This document shows positions 19,312 to 29,241 of a stretch of 60,509 nt of DNA, one piece after another. The notes beneath the pieces are model-generated. The model did not search any database, was not told the origin of the DNA, and saw nothing but the letters and a program-made list of their open reading frames with translations. Source of the stretch: an uncultured Candidatus Sumerlaeota bacterium (GTDB lineage Bacteria > CAYMEV01); the NCBI GenBank assembly GCA_964389675.1, contig CAYMEV010000011.1, positions 62,001 through 122,509 on the forward strand, in the 5' to 3' direction. Every line of letters starts with the position of its first letter. Position 1 is the stretch's first letter. The translations under genes and the position numbers were made by a program.

Positions 19312-19840
19312 TGTCCAGCCCCTGTTTCAGCATATTTATCTCAATAGGTTTAGGCAGGTCATCAAGGCTTTTTAACCCGAAGACTTCAAGGAATCTTTCT
19401 GCTGTCTTAAAAAGCAGAGGCCTGCCCAAAGAATCCTTTCTGCCTGATATTTCTATCATATCCTTCTCCAGAAGGGTTTTTATCGGTCCCTCTGAATTTA
19501 TGCCCCTTATCTGGTTAATTTCCGGTATTGTTACAGGCTGTTTATATGCGATTATTGTAAGCACATCAAAACCAGCTTTTGAGAGCCTGATCCTTTTTTC
19601 CTTTCTGAAATAATCCCTTATGAAATCATCATAAAAGGGGTCAGTTCCCAGCCTGTACCCGCCTCCGGCATCAACAACCCTTAAGGGAAGCTGATTTTCG
19701 ATAAGCATATTGCCTATATCCTCCATTGCTTCTGCAACCTCATCTTTGTCGGCTATCTTTTCAAGGGATTCAATCTTCTGAGGGGTGCCTGAAAACAGAA
19801 GACATAAAAAAACCCTATTTCTTAATTCTTTTTCTCTCAT
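19298..19840 (-). CDS. scpB: SMC-Scp complex subunit ScpB
   Basis: LSKA..VLTIIAYKQPVT..EI..IRG, GRP.LF.T..FL..FGL.SL.DLP. Confidence 0.92.
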   Translation of the reverse strand: MREKELRNRVFLCLLFSGTPQKIESLEKIADKDEVAEAMEDIGNMLIENQLPLRVVDAGGGYRLGTDPFYDDFIRDYFRKEKRIRLSKAGFDVLTIIAYKQPVTIPEINQIRGINSEGPIKTLLEKDMIEISGRKDSLGRPLLFKTAERFLEVFGLKSLDDLPKPIEINMLKQGLDNEDY

Positions 19841-20588
19841 TACGCCTCTTTATTATCCTTATATCATCAAAATTTTCTTCCTGGTAACACCTTATATAAT
19901 TATCTTTTTCCAGAGAGAGTATGGTAAAAAAGGCCAGTGCCAGGTCCTCTCTTTTTTTTTCTAAGCTTATTGCAGGACACAGGTCCTGTTTAAATCTCAG
20001 TTCCTTTATTTTCCTGACACAGGCAAGTATCCTGTCCCTCATCTCCTGCACAGAAAGCTCTACTTGAGAAAGAGCCTTTTTTAACGGAAACTCCTCATAA
20101 TACAGGAAAAGGTCTATATAAGACTGAATAATGGCTGAAACCGAAACTTCAAAACTCTCCTCCATGGTCTCATATGTATCGGAACAGATAAAATCATTCA
20201 TGAAATATATTTTCTGCTGGCACTCGAACATCCCTTTCAGTTTTGATGAAAGATTTTTGATTTTCTGGAATTCCAGAAAGCTATCATAATCATCGGCATC
20301 CTGCTCAATGTCAAGTAAATCAAGTTTATCTTCACCCTCTGATTCAAACAGAAGGCTTTCAATCTTCATCAGGATAAGCTTGTTTATAAGGCTGATGGAG
20401 GATTCAAGAATGTTAAAATCAATGCGATCAACAACTCTCTCATTAAGCTGTTCAACAATATCCTTCATAATTACCTCATCAATACCGATCTCCTTTTTCA
20501 GGAGGATATGGAATAGTATATCAAGAGGGCCTTTATAAAATCCCAGATCTATATTAAAACTGCTGTCTGATAATAACTCTGATATCAT
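19815..20588 (-). CDS. scpA: Segregation and condensation protein ScpA
   Basis: YKGPLDIL N-terminal motif and C-terminal FFTILSL...QEENFDDI. Adjacent to scpB. Confidence 0.8.
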   Translation of the reverse strand: MISELLSDSSFNIDLGFYKGPLDILFHILLKKEIGIDEVIMKDIVEQLNERVVDRIDFNILESSISLINKLILMKIESLLFESEGEDKLDLLDIEQDADDYDSFLEFQKIKNLSSKLKGMFECQQKIYFMNDFICSDTYETMEESFEVSVSAIIQSYIDLFLYYEEFPLKKALSQVELSVQEMRDRILACVRKIKELRFKQDLCPAISLEKKREDLALAFFTILSLEKDNYIRCYQEENFDDIRIIKRRNERKRIKK

Positions 20589-21844
20589 TGAATCTCTTTT
20601 AAAAAGGGAGACTTTTTGGGTATTATCACAATTCCATTCTCTGAAACTGCAAAATACTTTCTGTCGCTTTCAGGGTCAAGGCCGATCTTGTAATTATCCG
20701 GAATGATGACTTCCTTGTCAATTATAGCATTCTTTACCACGGCATTCCTTCCAATAATACAGTCATTCATAATGATCGAATTTTTTACATATGCATAGCT
20801 GTTGACCCTGACTCTGGGTGAAAGAATTGAATTCTCGACCCTTCCCCCTGAGATAATAACACCGCCTGATATAAGCGAATCAAGTACAATACCGGACCTT
20901 TCAGGAAGGTCGGGATAACTGCCGGAGCCAAAAACAGTCTTAGCGGGCGGAAGCTGCCGCTGGAATGTCCTTATAGGCCAGCTTGAATCATAGAGGTTGA
21001 ATTCAGGGTCTATACCCACAAGGTCCATACTGGTACGGTAATATGAATCAAGAGTACCTATATCCCGCCAATACTGCACTTCTTTCTTATTCTCATCATA
21101 AAACTCATAAGCACTTACTTTTGCAGAAGATATTACGGAAGGGATGATATTTTTTCCGAAATCATGTTCTGTATCGCTTTTTGCGTCCCTTCCAAGGGTT
21201 TTTACCAGAAAATCTGTATTAAATACATAAATCCCCATATTGCATAAAGCAAAACTCCCGTCACTCGGGATTGGCTCAGGATGCTCAGGTTTTTCCTTAA
21301 ACGAGACTATTCTTTTCTGTTCATCAATCTTCATAACACCGAACTTGCCTGCTTCAGCAAGGGGAACTTTGAAGCATGCTATCGTAAGGTCTGATCCTGT
21401 ACCTGCATGGAAATCGAGAAGCCTGGAATAATCCATCTTATATATATGGTCTCCGCTCAGTACGAGCAGATATCGGGGCTTCATCATCTCAAGAAGGTAT
21501 ATATTCTGGAAAATCGCATCTGCCGTGCCTGTATACCAGTTGTCCGTCAGCCTCTGCTGGGGGGGCACAGTATATATGAATTCACCAAGCTCGGACCTGA
21601 AAAGATAACTCCAGCCAAGGTTTATGTGTTTTTCAAGAGAGTAGCTCTTATACTGGGTAAGAAGGAATATCTTGAACAGCTTTGAATTAATGCAGTTTGA
21701 AAGAGTAAAGTCTATTATCCTGTAGATGCCTCCGAAAGGGACTGCAGGCTTTGACCTGTGCTTGGTGAGGGGGTGAAGCCTCTGGCCCTGCCCGCCTGCC
21801 AGAATCATGGTCAGGACATCTTCTGAAAGATTGATACTGCTCAT
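20585..21844 (-). CDS. glgC: Glucose-1-phosphate adenylyltransferase
   Basis: LAGGQGQRLHPLT..RSKPAVPFGG, GTADAIFQN, SGDHIYKMDY, FKEKP, DFGKNIIP and YWRDIGT. Confidence 0.97.
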   Translation of the reverse strand: MSSINLSEDVLTMILAGGQGQRLHPLTKHRSKPAVPFGGIYRIIDFTLSNCINSKLFKIFLLTQYKSYSLEKHINLGWSYLFRSELGEFIYTVPPQQRLTDNWYTGTADAIFQNIYLLEMMKPRYLLVLSGDHIYKMDYSRLLDFHAGTGSDLTIACFKVPLAEAGKFGVMKIDEQKRIVSFKEKPEHPEPIPSDGSFALCNMGIYVFNTDFLVKTLGRDAKSDTEHDFGKNIIPSVISSAKVSAYEFYDENKKEVQYWRDIGTLDSYYRTSMDLVGIDPEFNLYDSSWPIRTFQRQLPPAKTVFGSGSYPDLPERSGIVLDSLISGGVIISGGRVENSILSPRVRVNSYAYVKNSIIMNDCIIGRNAVVKNAIIDKEVIIPDNYKIGLDPESDRKYFAVSENGIVIIPKKSPFLKEIQ

Positions 21845-21849
21845 AATCT

Positions 21850-22233
21850 CTATGCTTTTTCCGTTTCCTTAAGTACCCTTATGACTGTCTCTTTTAACTC
21901 AGTAAGATCAGAAGATTTAACAACATATGCATTTGCGCACCAGCTCATAAAATTGTCTTTATAGCTTGAATATGCAGAATTTAATATCACAGGAAGCTTG
22001 TTGTTCTTTGACAATATCTTCCCCAAGGCCTCAATGCCATCCATCTCAGGCATGCATATATCCATAATAAGGAGATCGGGTTTTTCCCTGTCCAAAAGCT
22101 TTAATGCCTCAAGAGCACTTGGGGCTGTAACTACTTCATAACCGTCTTCTTCAAACTCCAGCTTGTAAAGTATGAGTATATTCTCCTCATCATCGGCTAT
22201 CAAAAGCTTCTTCTTTTTCTTATCCTTATCCAT
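21850..22233 (-). CDS. Single-domain response regulator (receiver)
   Basis: IADDE, phospho-acceptor LIMDICMPEMDG, NSA and VKS. Confidence 0.93.
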   Translation of the reverse strand: MDKDKKKKKLLIADDEENILILYKLEFEEDGYEVVTAPSALEALKLLDREKPDLLIMDICMPEMDGIEALGKILSKNNKLPVILNSAYSSYKDNFMSWCANAYVVKSSDLTELKETVIRVLKETEKA

Positions 22234-22245
22234 ATTGAATCTCCT

Positions 22246-23283
22246 TTAATATACTTCAATTTCTCTAAGGTACTTTGCAGCTTCTTCGGGAGAAACAGGA
22301 TTAATATAAAACCCTGTACCCCATTCAAAACCTGCAGTAGGGATGATCTTGGGCGTCAGCTCAATATGCCAGTGCCAGTCATATTCAATTGTCTCCCAGT
22401 AATAGCTTCTTTTTTTTGAGCCTTTTATATTAGGCGAATTATGTATTATCAAATTATAGGGAGGATTATTCAATGCTTTGCGAAGACGAAGGAGTATCTC
22501 CTTAAGCAGTTCTGCCAGCGAAAGCATCTGCTTCTCGTCTATAAGGGTGAAATCATGGGAGTGCTTCATGGGCGCTATCCAGATCTCAAACGGAAATCTC
22601 GATGCATAGGGAGTATAACCGATAAAATCCTGTGTAACCTTTATAATTCTCTCGCCCATTTCTATCTCATATTGAAAAATATCACAGAACAGGCATCTTT
22701 CTTTCAGCTGATAATGCTCTTTTGCGCTTTTAAGTTCCATTGCAACATTTCGGGGCGTAATGGGCAGTGCAATAATCTGGCTGTGCGGGTGGTCAAGAGT
22801 ACTCCCTGCGCTTTTTCCAAAATTCTTAAATCCCAGTACATACCTGAAACGGCTGTCCAGGGACAGATCTATCATCCTTTCCTTGAATGCCTTAAGTATC
22901 TTTGAAATATTATTTACAGACATATCAGGAATATCTTCATTATGGAAAGGGGTCTCAATAATAACCTCATGAGCCCCTATACCCCTCATTACATCATAAT
23001 ATCCAACACCTTTTCTTTCCAGGTTTCCCTCTATCCTCAGTGCAGGATACTTGTTGGGTACTACCCTGACCCTCCATCCCCTGCCATTTTTAGGCATATC
23101 CGCGTCCCTGTAGGCCAGGATCTCCCCGGGGGTCTTGTCCTCATTCCCCTCACAAAATGGGCAGAATTCCTCTTCTCCTGGATTTTCCTGTGTAACCTGA
23201 TAGAATGAACTTGGCCTGATACCTCTTTCAGGGGCTATTATAACCCATCTTTTCTGTATAGGGTCGTGTCTCAGATCTGACAT
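22246..23283 (-). CDS. galT: GalT-family nucleotidyltransferase (galactose-1-P uridylyltransferase / ADP-glucose phosphorylase-like)
   Basis: LRHDP...WVIIAPERG.RP, CPFC, VVPNKYPAL, HEVIIE, catalytic HPHSQ and AGFEWGTG. Confidence 0.85.
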   Translation of the reverse strand: MSDLRHDPIQKRWVIIAPERGIRPSSFYQVTQENPGEEEFCPFCEGNEDKTPGEILAYRDADMPKNGRGWRVRVVPNKYPALRIEGNLERKGVGYYDVMRGIGAHEVIIETPFHNEDIPDMSVNNISKILKAFKERMIDLSLDSRFRYVLGFKNFGKSAGSTLDHPHSQIIALPITPRNVAMELKSAKEHYQLKERCLFCDIFQYEIEMGERIIKVTQDFIGYTPYASRFPFEIWIAPMKHSHDFTLIDEKQMLSLAELLKEILLRLRKALNNPPYNLIIHNSPNIKGSKKRSYYWETIEYDWHWHIELTPKIIPTAGFEWGTGFYINPVSPEEAAKYLREIEVY

Positions 23284-23392
23284 TTCAACATCCTCTTATC
23301 CTGTTTTTTAATCATATTATTATAAAGGATCATATCATATTAAGGCTGTAATATCTACATTATTTTTTATCCGGGCGGATATCAGCCCTGTT

Positions 23393-24157
23393 CTAAAAGA
23401 GATTCAACTTCAGTATATCTGCGATCAATCCAAGTGATCTAATTCTTATATTAAAGTGATACTTTATATATAAGGCCATTATTTCGATCAATTTCGTTAT
23501 GTATACGGAATCGTACTCAATATTCTGAAGGTCACTGAATCTGCTCAGCTTGATTTTATGAATAAAATACCTCTGTTCGGGCTCAATCCTGAAAAAGCGG
23601 TCCTCTGCATAAGGCTTACAGCACCTGGAACAGCAGATTCCTCCTTCAAGGCTGAAATAGCAGTCATCACCCGGTTCATCCCTGCATGATATGCATTCTT
23701 CCATCCTGGGAGATATTCCAAAGAGCTGTGCAAGCTTGATCAGTATGAATAACAGCAATATGCCGGTATCCTGGTCCCATTGCCTGATAAATGCAAGGCT
23801 CCTGGCCAGAAACCTGTATATCTGGGCATTCGGGTCCCTGTCCGCCGTAAGCTTTTCCGTCACCTCTATTATTAATGAATAAAGAAGGTATTTCTCATAT
23901 GAATATGTCAGCTCATGATAGGATTCCTCAATGCTGAAATCCCCCAGGAATAATAATTCCCTGTCCCTGGGCTGAAACCTGACCTTTAGTATATTATACG
24001 GTTCAATTCCCAGCTGGGGCCTGTTATTTTTCCCTTTGGCGCTCTTTTTATACAGTTTTACCTTTCCAAAGTCCTCAGTATAAAAAGTATAAAGCATGTC
24101 ATATTCTTTTATATCTGTCTTTTTCAGCAATACTGCATTGGTTTCTTTCAGTTCCAT
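23393..24157 (-). CDS. recO: DNA repair protein RecO
   Basis: N-terminal OB fold (AVLLKK.D..E.D....YT..FGKV) and Zn motif CISC...GGICCSRC. Confidence 0.88.
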   Translation of the reverse strand: MELKETNAVLLKKTDIKEYDMLYTFYTEDFGKVKLYKKSAKGKNNRPQLGIEPYNILKVRFQPRDRELLFLGDFSIEESYHELTYSYEKYLLYSLIIEVTEKLTADRDPNAQIYRFLARSLAFIRQWDQDTGILLLFILIKLAQLFGISPRMEECISCRDEPGDDCYFSLEGGICCSRCCKPYAEDRFFRIEPEQRYFIHKIKLSRFSDLQNIEYDSVYITKLIEIMALYIKYHFNIRIRSLGLIADILKLNLF

Positions 24158-24239
24158 AAATTTTTCTTGTAAAATTTCAGTATGGTATATTATACTTAAA
24201 ACTGGAATTATTAATATATTTTTTGATGGGAGTTATCAA

Positions 24240-24527
24240 ATGGATGACAGAGATGGCCTGAAGAAGGACAAGGAAGCTTTAAGCGAAAACAGCAGCATAA
24301 ATACTGACAAGATGGTAAATGACCTTCTGGGGCAGATACTCATAAAGATCAAACAGCCAGAACTCACAGAAGATGATGTAGAGCGTGCGGAGGCTTTGAA
24401 AACAGACAAGAAATACGTGGCCAAAAGGCTTGGCGAGATACTGACTGAATTAGGGCTTGTCACTGAACAAGAGGTTGAATCTGCATTAAAAGAACAGGAG
24501 AAAATTAGAAAATCCAAAAAAAGCTGA
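24240..24527 (+). CDS. Small stand-alone MshEN-motif protein (candidate c-di-GMP binder)
   Basis: ATG at 24240 has a GGGAG RBS; the longer 24096 start overlaps recO. RLGEILTELGLVTEQEVESALKEQ fits the MshEN 24-mer, preceded by a degenerate LLGQIL copy. Confidence 0.7.
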   Translation: MDDRDGLKKDKEALSENSSINTDKMVNDLLGQILIKIKQPELTEDDVERAEALKTDKKYVAKRLGEILTELGLVTEQEVESALKEQEKIRKSKKS

Positions 24528-26731
24528 CCCTACTCTCTTATATCGTATTACTGATATGCTTCATAATCTTTTTTCTCCCCCTGTTTACCGGAAAAGTATT
24601 CTACTTCCATGATATAAAGACATTTTACTATCCTGTCTGGCTTCAGGGACAGCAGATCATTTCAGAGGGCTTTGTCCCTTTGTGGAGCATGTATGCTTCT
24701 TTTGGGTTTCCTATCCTTGCAGAAAGCCAGACCGGCCTCCTTAACCCGCTCGGAATGCTGTTCTTCTTCATCTCGGACCCGATAACAGCATTCAGCCTGC
24801 TCATGGTATCAGGTGTTTTGATAGCCCTTTTCGGATCCTGGGCACTTTTCAGAGAGCTTGGTTTTGACAGGGGCACCTCGGTATTCTTATCAGTTACATA
24901 CGGTTTTTCAGGATTTTTCATATATCATCTGATGCATATAAATATAATCCTGCCGGCATCCTATTTTCCCCTTACACTGTTTTTGTGCATCAGGATTCTA
25001 AATACTGATAAAAGGAAAATGCTCCACATTCCGGCCCTGGCACTTACCATAGCTCTCCAGGCTATATCAGGCACTTTTCAGTATGCCCTTTATAATATAA
25101 TCTTCTGCATAATTCTTTCTGTCGTCCTTACAGGTCATAAAACATCCCGCAGGTCATTGCTTTTAATGTGCCTGGTAATTGCAGGAGGCATTATGCTTGC
25201 ATCATTGCAGCTCTTCTCAACGATCGAGCTGGTCAGCCTCTCTGAAAGACAGCAGGGGCTTGACCCTGAGGAAATATCCCAGAAAAGCTACCCTCCTTTC
25301 AGCCTTATTACCTATATATACCCTTACTCTTTCGGATTCCAGAGGCCATCAGACATAATCGGCTATGGCTTTCGAACTCCTTCTTATTACGGACCCGGCG
25401 CTTACTGGGATATAAACAGCTATATGGGGCTGACTTCGATAATACTGTTTTTCATCCTGATTTTGAATATATTCGGCTCAGGGCTTGAAAACAGGAGAAT
25501 AATCCTGATCCTGCTTTTTTTACTCTTTTTGACCTATCTCATAATGATGGGGAAGTATTCGCCATTCTTTGGAGTCCTGGCAAAAATCCCGGTGTTAAGC
25601 TATTTTAGAGGTCTTTCACGCCTTATCTATATTTTTAACCTTATTCTGCTTATCCTGTCAGGTTATGCTCTTAAGGCTATCGGGGAAAAAAGGGTAAGAA
25701 AGTCTTCCTTCCCTGCAGCTGCTTTTGCCTTACTGTTCATTCATCTGATCATTGATGCCTTTTTCAGGCATGTGCTTCAGGGCTATTCTGAAAGACTTCC
25801 TGCATTAATCTCACATTTAAGCTATTTTAACAGCTTAAGCAGAGGCTTTTACAACCGGACACTGGTCTTCGGGCTAATCTCAGCAGCACTCTTATATCTG
25901 TTTTACAGATATCCGAAACTGATATTTGCCCTGATCCTTTTCAATATCATTGATATATACTCAATAAACTCCAGCTACAATACCTGTACAGAAACAGCAG
26001 AAGCATTATCGGAACCGGTGTCTGTCTCTGCAATAAAAAAGACTGCCTATTTTCCGAGGATTGCAAATGCCATAAGACGGCCGCTGCCCTGGCTCGATAC
26101 TGACAATCTTAAGTCTTCGGTCTCACTTATATGGAATGTATCGGATGTTTTCCTGCCATCCCCTCTTCTGCCTGTTAAACTTAAGCTTTTTCTTGAGGAT
26201 AATGCGCTCCTGTACCATCCTTTCCTGCTCAGCGAAAAGATAGACAGGATCTTTGACAGCCTTTCTGATATAAGGTCAGCTGGAATAACACATATCATAC
26301 TGCCTTCCGATTACCTGAATAGATCTAAGGCCCCCGGTATTAAAACCGTATACTCTGATGATCATATCGGAGCCCTTGAAATTGGCGCAGAGCCCCTTAT
26401 CAGCATCTATCCGTCAGGATTCTGCTCTTTCAGCAGTATAAGCCCTGACGGCTATACTGTATCATACAGGACAGGCACTCTGAATGAGGAAGCTGAAAGC
26501 TCTATCCTTATAAGGTACATGCAGTACCCGGGATGGAGATTTTCACTAAGTGGCCAGGAGATAATCCCTTCAGCCTATAATGATATATTCTACAGGATAC
26601 CTGTCCCATCAGGATCAGGTGAACTAAAAGCGGAATATATACCCGGATATTATAAACTTTCTTTATATATCATTATATTTATTGTTGCTATGTCTATTAT
26701 TATTTTATATTTATTTGAATTTAATCATTAA
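24524..26731 (+). CDS. YfhO-family polytopic membrane protein (GT-C-like glycosyltransferase)
   Basis: Frame is open from 24509 and encodes a TM plus HDIKTFYYP..G..PLWS upstream of the tracked TTG (24680). Also YMG, FRGLSR and YPGW motifs. Exact start uncertain (CTG 24524 assumed). Confidence 0.75.
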   Translation: MTLLSYIVLLICFIIFFLPLFTGKVFYFHDIKTFYYPVWLQGQQIISEGFVPLWSMYASFGFPILAESQTGLLNPLGMLFFFISDPITAFSLLMVSGVLIALFGSWALFRELGFDRGTSVFLSVTYGFSGFFIYHLMHINIILPASYFPLTLFLCIRILNTDKRKMLHIPALALTIALQAISGTFQYALYNIIFCIILSVVLTGHKTSRRSLLLMCLVIAGGIMLASLQLFSTIELVSLSERQQGLDPEEISQKSYPPFSLITYIYPYSFGFQRPSDIIGYGFRTPSYYGPGAYWDINSYMGLTSIILFFILILNIFGSGLENRRIILILLFLLFLTYLIMMGKYSPFFGVLAKIPVLSYFRGLSRLIYIFNLILLILSGYALKAIGEKRVRKSSFPAAAFALLFIHLIIDAFFRHVLQGYSERLPALISHLSYFNSLSRGFYNRTLVFGLISAALLYLFYRYPKLIFALILFNIIDIYSINSSYNTCTETAEALSEPVSVSAIKKTAYFPRIANAIRRPLPWLDTDNLKSSVSLIWNVSDVFLPSPLLPVKLKLFLEDNALLYHPFLLSEKIDRIFDSLSDIRSAGITHIILPSDYLNRSKAPGIKTVYSDDHIGALEIGAEPLISIYPSGFCSFSSISPDGYTVSYRTGTLNEEAESSILIRYMQYPGWRFSLSGQEIIPSAYNDIFYRIPVPSGSGELKAEYIPGYYKLSLYIIIFIVAMSIIILYLFEFNH

Positions 26732-26850
26732 TAACCCCATTAACCCCATATTATATAAATATCTCATTTTTTCATGTATTGTACTTTATATAGATTTATA
26801 GATTTATTATATATTTATAAAATATAAATACTTAAGATATTATAATTTTC

Positions 26851-26878
26851 TTGCATTTTATATCGTCCGTTTTATAAT
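26851..26878 (+). promoter_or_regulatory. sigma70 promoter directly before the ATG (leaderless candidate)
   Basis: TTGCAT-16 nt-TATAAT, then 7 nt (ACTTTTT) to the ATG at 26886. No SD. Confidence 0.6.
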
Positions 26879-26885
26879 ACTTTTT

Positions 26886-28304
26886 ATGAATAGGAAAATC
26901 TTCTCAACATCTTCTTATATGCTTATTGCAGTTCTTATCCTGGCCTTATCGGGATATCCATCTCTTTCCCAGGATACAGAAGAGTACTTCAGCTATCCTG
27001 AGTTCATACCGCAAGTATTGCCAGACAGCCCCTTTACAGCAGCCTGTGAAATAATACCTGTTGCAGAGGGCATTAAAGCTATGCTTTCTGCCGGAAGTAT
27101 TGAATCCTCCTATGCGGTAAGGCTCACAAATACCCTTATAGATGCGCACACTTACGATATAATCCTATTTATCGGACTGCCGGAGGATAGATCTGCCATA
27201 CCGCTTCTCATTAACAGTTCGATGGACATCATTTTCAGGTTTTTAGCCGAAAGGGAGTGCATAGATGCTTTAATAGAATTTAAGTACAAAGATCTGGAAA
27301 AGCATCCTGAAACACTTCTTAAAAAGGGCTTCAATTATAAAAGAATAAATGGAAGTCCCCTGTTGGCCCATTTATCGCACGACACATATATCCTTCCCGG
27401 TATATCATTCAGCCTTATCAGATATGCCCTGCCCTTTCCTCAAAAGATAAGGGTCCTTCCGCTCTGGATATCCAGGGATACCCTTTATGTGCCATTGGAG
27501 GGACCGGGCTGTTGCCGGGATGCTTCAGGTTATATATATGATTCAGTCTTTGAAAAGGGCTTCTCGCAGAGTAAGGTATTCTCATTAAAGATCAGAAATG
27601 AATACAGCTATCTCAGTTTTATTGAAAGCAGGCTCAATGCCCTGATCCAAGAACTGAAGGACAACCGGGCAAGCCATGCTTATGCCATCTGCATGGAATT
27701 GATGAGTATACTTAAAACCGACAAAAGCAAAAACGAAGACAAAGGCAAAAACAATATTCCTGAAATATCCCTTACTGACTCTCATAGAGATTATTTATAC
27801 AATTTTCCTAAAGTATTACTTGAAGTTATATCTAATTATCCCGTTAATAAGTGCTACTTTGAATCATCTTATTTTCAAAAACATATTCAGGAGGCAAAAG
27901 CAGTATCTGATGCTTTTGGAAACGGCCCGGACGGAAAAAAACTGACAGGCCTGCTTATGTATATGGATTATTATATCAGAAAACTGAAGGATTCTGATTA
28001 TGATAATGAATCTTTCAAAAAGTACATATCATCATTTTCCCATTTTTCCAGGATGCTTTCTGTGCAGTATTACCGTGATATTGATTTAAATTCATCAGTC
28101 ATATCCCTTCTGGATCTGCTGGAAAGAAGCAATATAAGGATAATATTCACTGATGAAAAGGGTGATCTGTTCTCGGAAAACCCTGATGAAGATATCGAAG
28201 ACCTTATAATTATCGACAGAAAAACGAGAAACTTAAAGCTTTTCAGCAGGAAAACTCAGCATATTACGCTTAAGACTGGAAAGAAAAGCCATCCGGACAT
28301 TTAA
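26886..28304 (+). CDS. Hypothetical exported protein
   Basis: 472-aa ORF with an N-terminal signal peptide (..LALSGYPSLS-Q). No motif recognised. Confidence 0.65.
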   Translation: MNRKIFSTSSYMLIAVLILALSGYPSLSQDTEEYFSYPEFIPQVLPDSPFTAACEIIPVAEGIKAMLSAGSIESSYAVRLTNTLIDAHTYDIILFIGLPEDRSAIPLLINSSMDIIFRFLAERECIDALIEFKYKDLEKHPETLLKKGFNYKRINGSPLLAHLSHDTYILPGISFSLIRYALPFPQKIRVLPLWISRDTLYVPLEGPGCCRDASGYIYDSVFEKGFSQSKVFSLKIRNEYSYLSFIESRLNALIQELKDNRASHAYAICMELMSILKTDKSKNEDKGKNNIPEISLTDSHRDYLYNFPKVLLEVISNYPVNKCYFESSYFQKHIQEAKAVSDAFGNGPDGKKLTGLLMYMDYYIRKLKDSDYDNESFKKYISSFSHFSRMLSVQYYRDIDLNSSVISLLDLLERSNIRIIFTDEKGDLFSENPDEDIEDLIIIDRKTRNLKLFSRKTQHITLKTGKKSHPDI

Positions 28305-28335
28305 CTGAAGCTGAACTTCATTTAGCGTTAATGTT

Positions 28336-29163
28336 CTATATTTCTTCTTTATCAAGAATTTCAGCAAGGGTATTTAGTTCAACCGTCCTGAGCTCTATAT
28401 TGTTTATTGCTGTATCAAGTTCAGATTCCACTATCAGGTCAGGTGTGAGGTCTATCCTGGAAAGATCAAGGATCATAGTAGAGAGGGAAGCCTTTGTAGA
28501 CTCTATTTTCAGCTTAATCATCTCCTCAGCTTCAATCAGCTTTTTATATTTTTCTATCTGATGCTCCAGCACCTTTATATGATCTAAAAGGTCATTTTTA
28601 AGCTTATCATTCTCTGTACTCGAAAGCCTCTGCTGAAATTCCCTTTTTCTGCCTTCAATAATATTCAGGTCTGTCTCTTTAAGCACCAGATCAATACCCC
28701 TTCCCTTTTCAGCAAGGACCCTGATTGAGCTTATTATGCTTTCCACATCCTTCATAATCCTGTTCTTATGGTTTTTGACCCTGGAACTGCATTTATCAAT
28801 AAGCCTGCCGATCTTCACCCTGGTCTCTTCAATATCCTTATAGACAAGGTCATAGAAAGATTCCTGGTATTTTTTGCCCCTTTTTTGCTCATGAAGGTCC
28901 TTTGTTATATCACCTGCCAGGCCAAGCTTTGTCCTGTCTGAAAAATAGTTGAATATGCCGGCTACCAGGCCTATGCCTGTACCGAGGAGGACAAATGAAG
29001 GTATTGTGAATCCGCTCTTTAGTATAAAAAGGTCCAGCAGAATCATAATGGTATTTATCTTCAGAAAGCTCAGAATTTTACCATACAGCCTTTTTTTTGC
29101 CTTCTTAATACCTTCAATCCTTTTTATTTCAGCATCTGCTGCTTTTTTATCATTTGCATCCAT
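28336..29163 (-). CDS. Hypothetical membrane protein, 2-TM hairpin plus long coiled coil
   Basis: Two N-terminal hydrophobic helices (2TM-domain-like) and a heptad-rich C-terminal half. Confidence 0.6.
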   Translation of the reverse strand: MDANDKKAADAEIKRIEGIKKAKKRLYGKILSFLKINTIMILLDLFILKSGFTIPSFVLLGTGIGLVAGIFNYFSDRTKLGLAGDITKDLHEQKRGKKYQESFYDLVYKDIEETRVKIGRLIDKCSSRVKNHKNRIMKDVESIISSIRVLAEKGRGIDLVLKETDLNIIEGRKREFQQRLSSTENDKLKNDLLDHIKVLEHQIEKYKKLIEAEEMIKLKIESTKASLSTMILDLSRIDLTPDLIVESELDTAINNIELRTVELNTLAEILDKEEI

Positions 29164-29241
29164 ATGATCTTATCCTGCTATCGATTTAAGTATTATAATG
29201 AAAAACAGTGGTTTATCAACCCTTATCTTTATATTCAATAT

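Noticed and set aside
23373-23388. GGGCGGATATCAGCCC hairpin after recO
   Set aside because: No U-tract follows on the recO (minus) strand, so it is not called as a terminator.
24096-24239. Longer start for the MshEN ORF
   Set aside because: It overlaps the recO start and the divergent promoter region, whereas ATG 24240 has an RBS.
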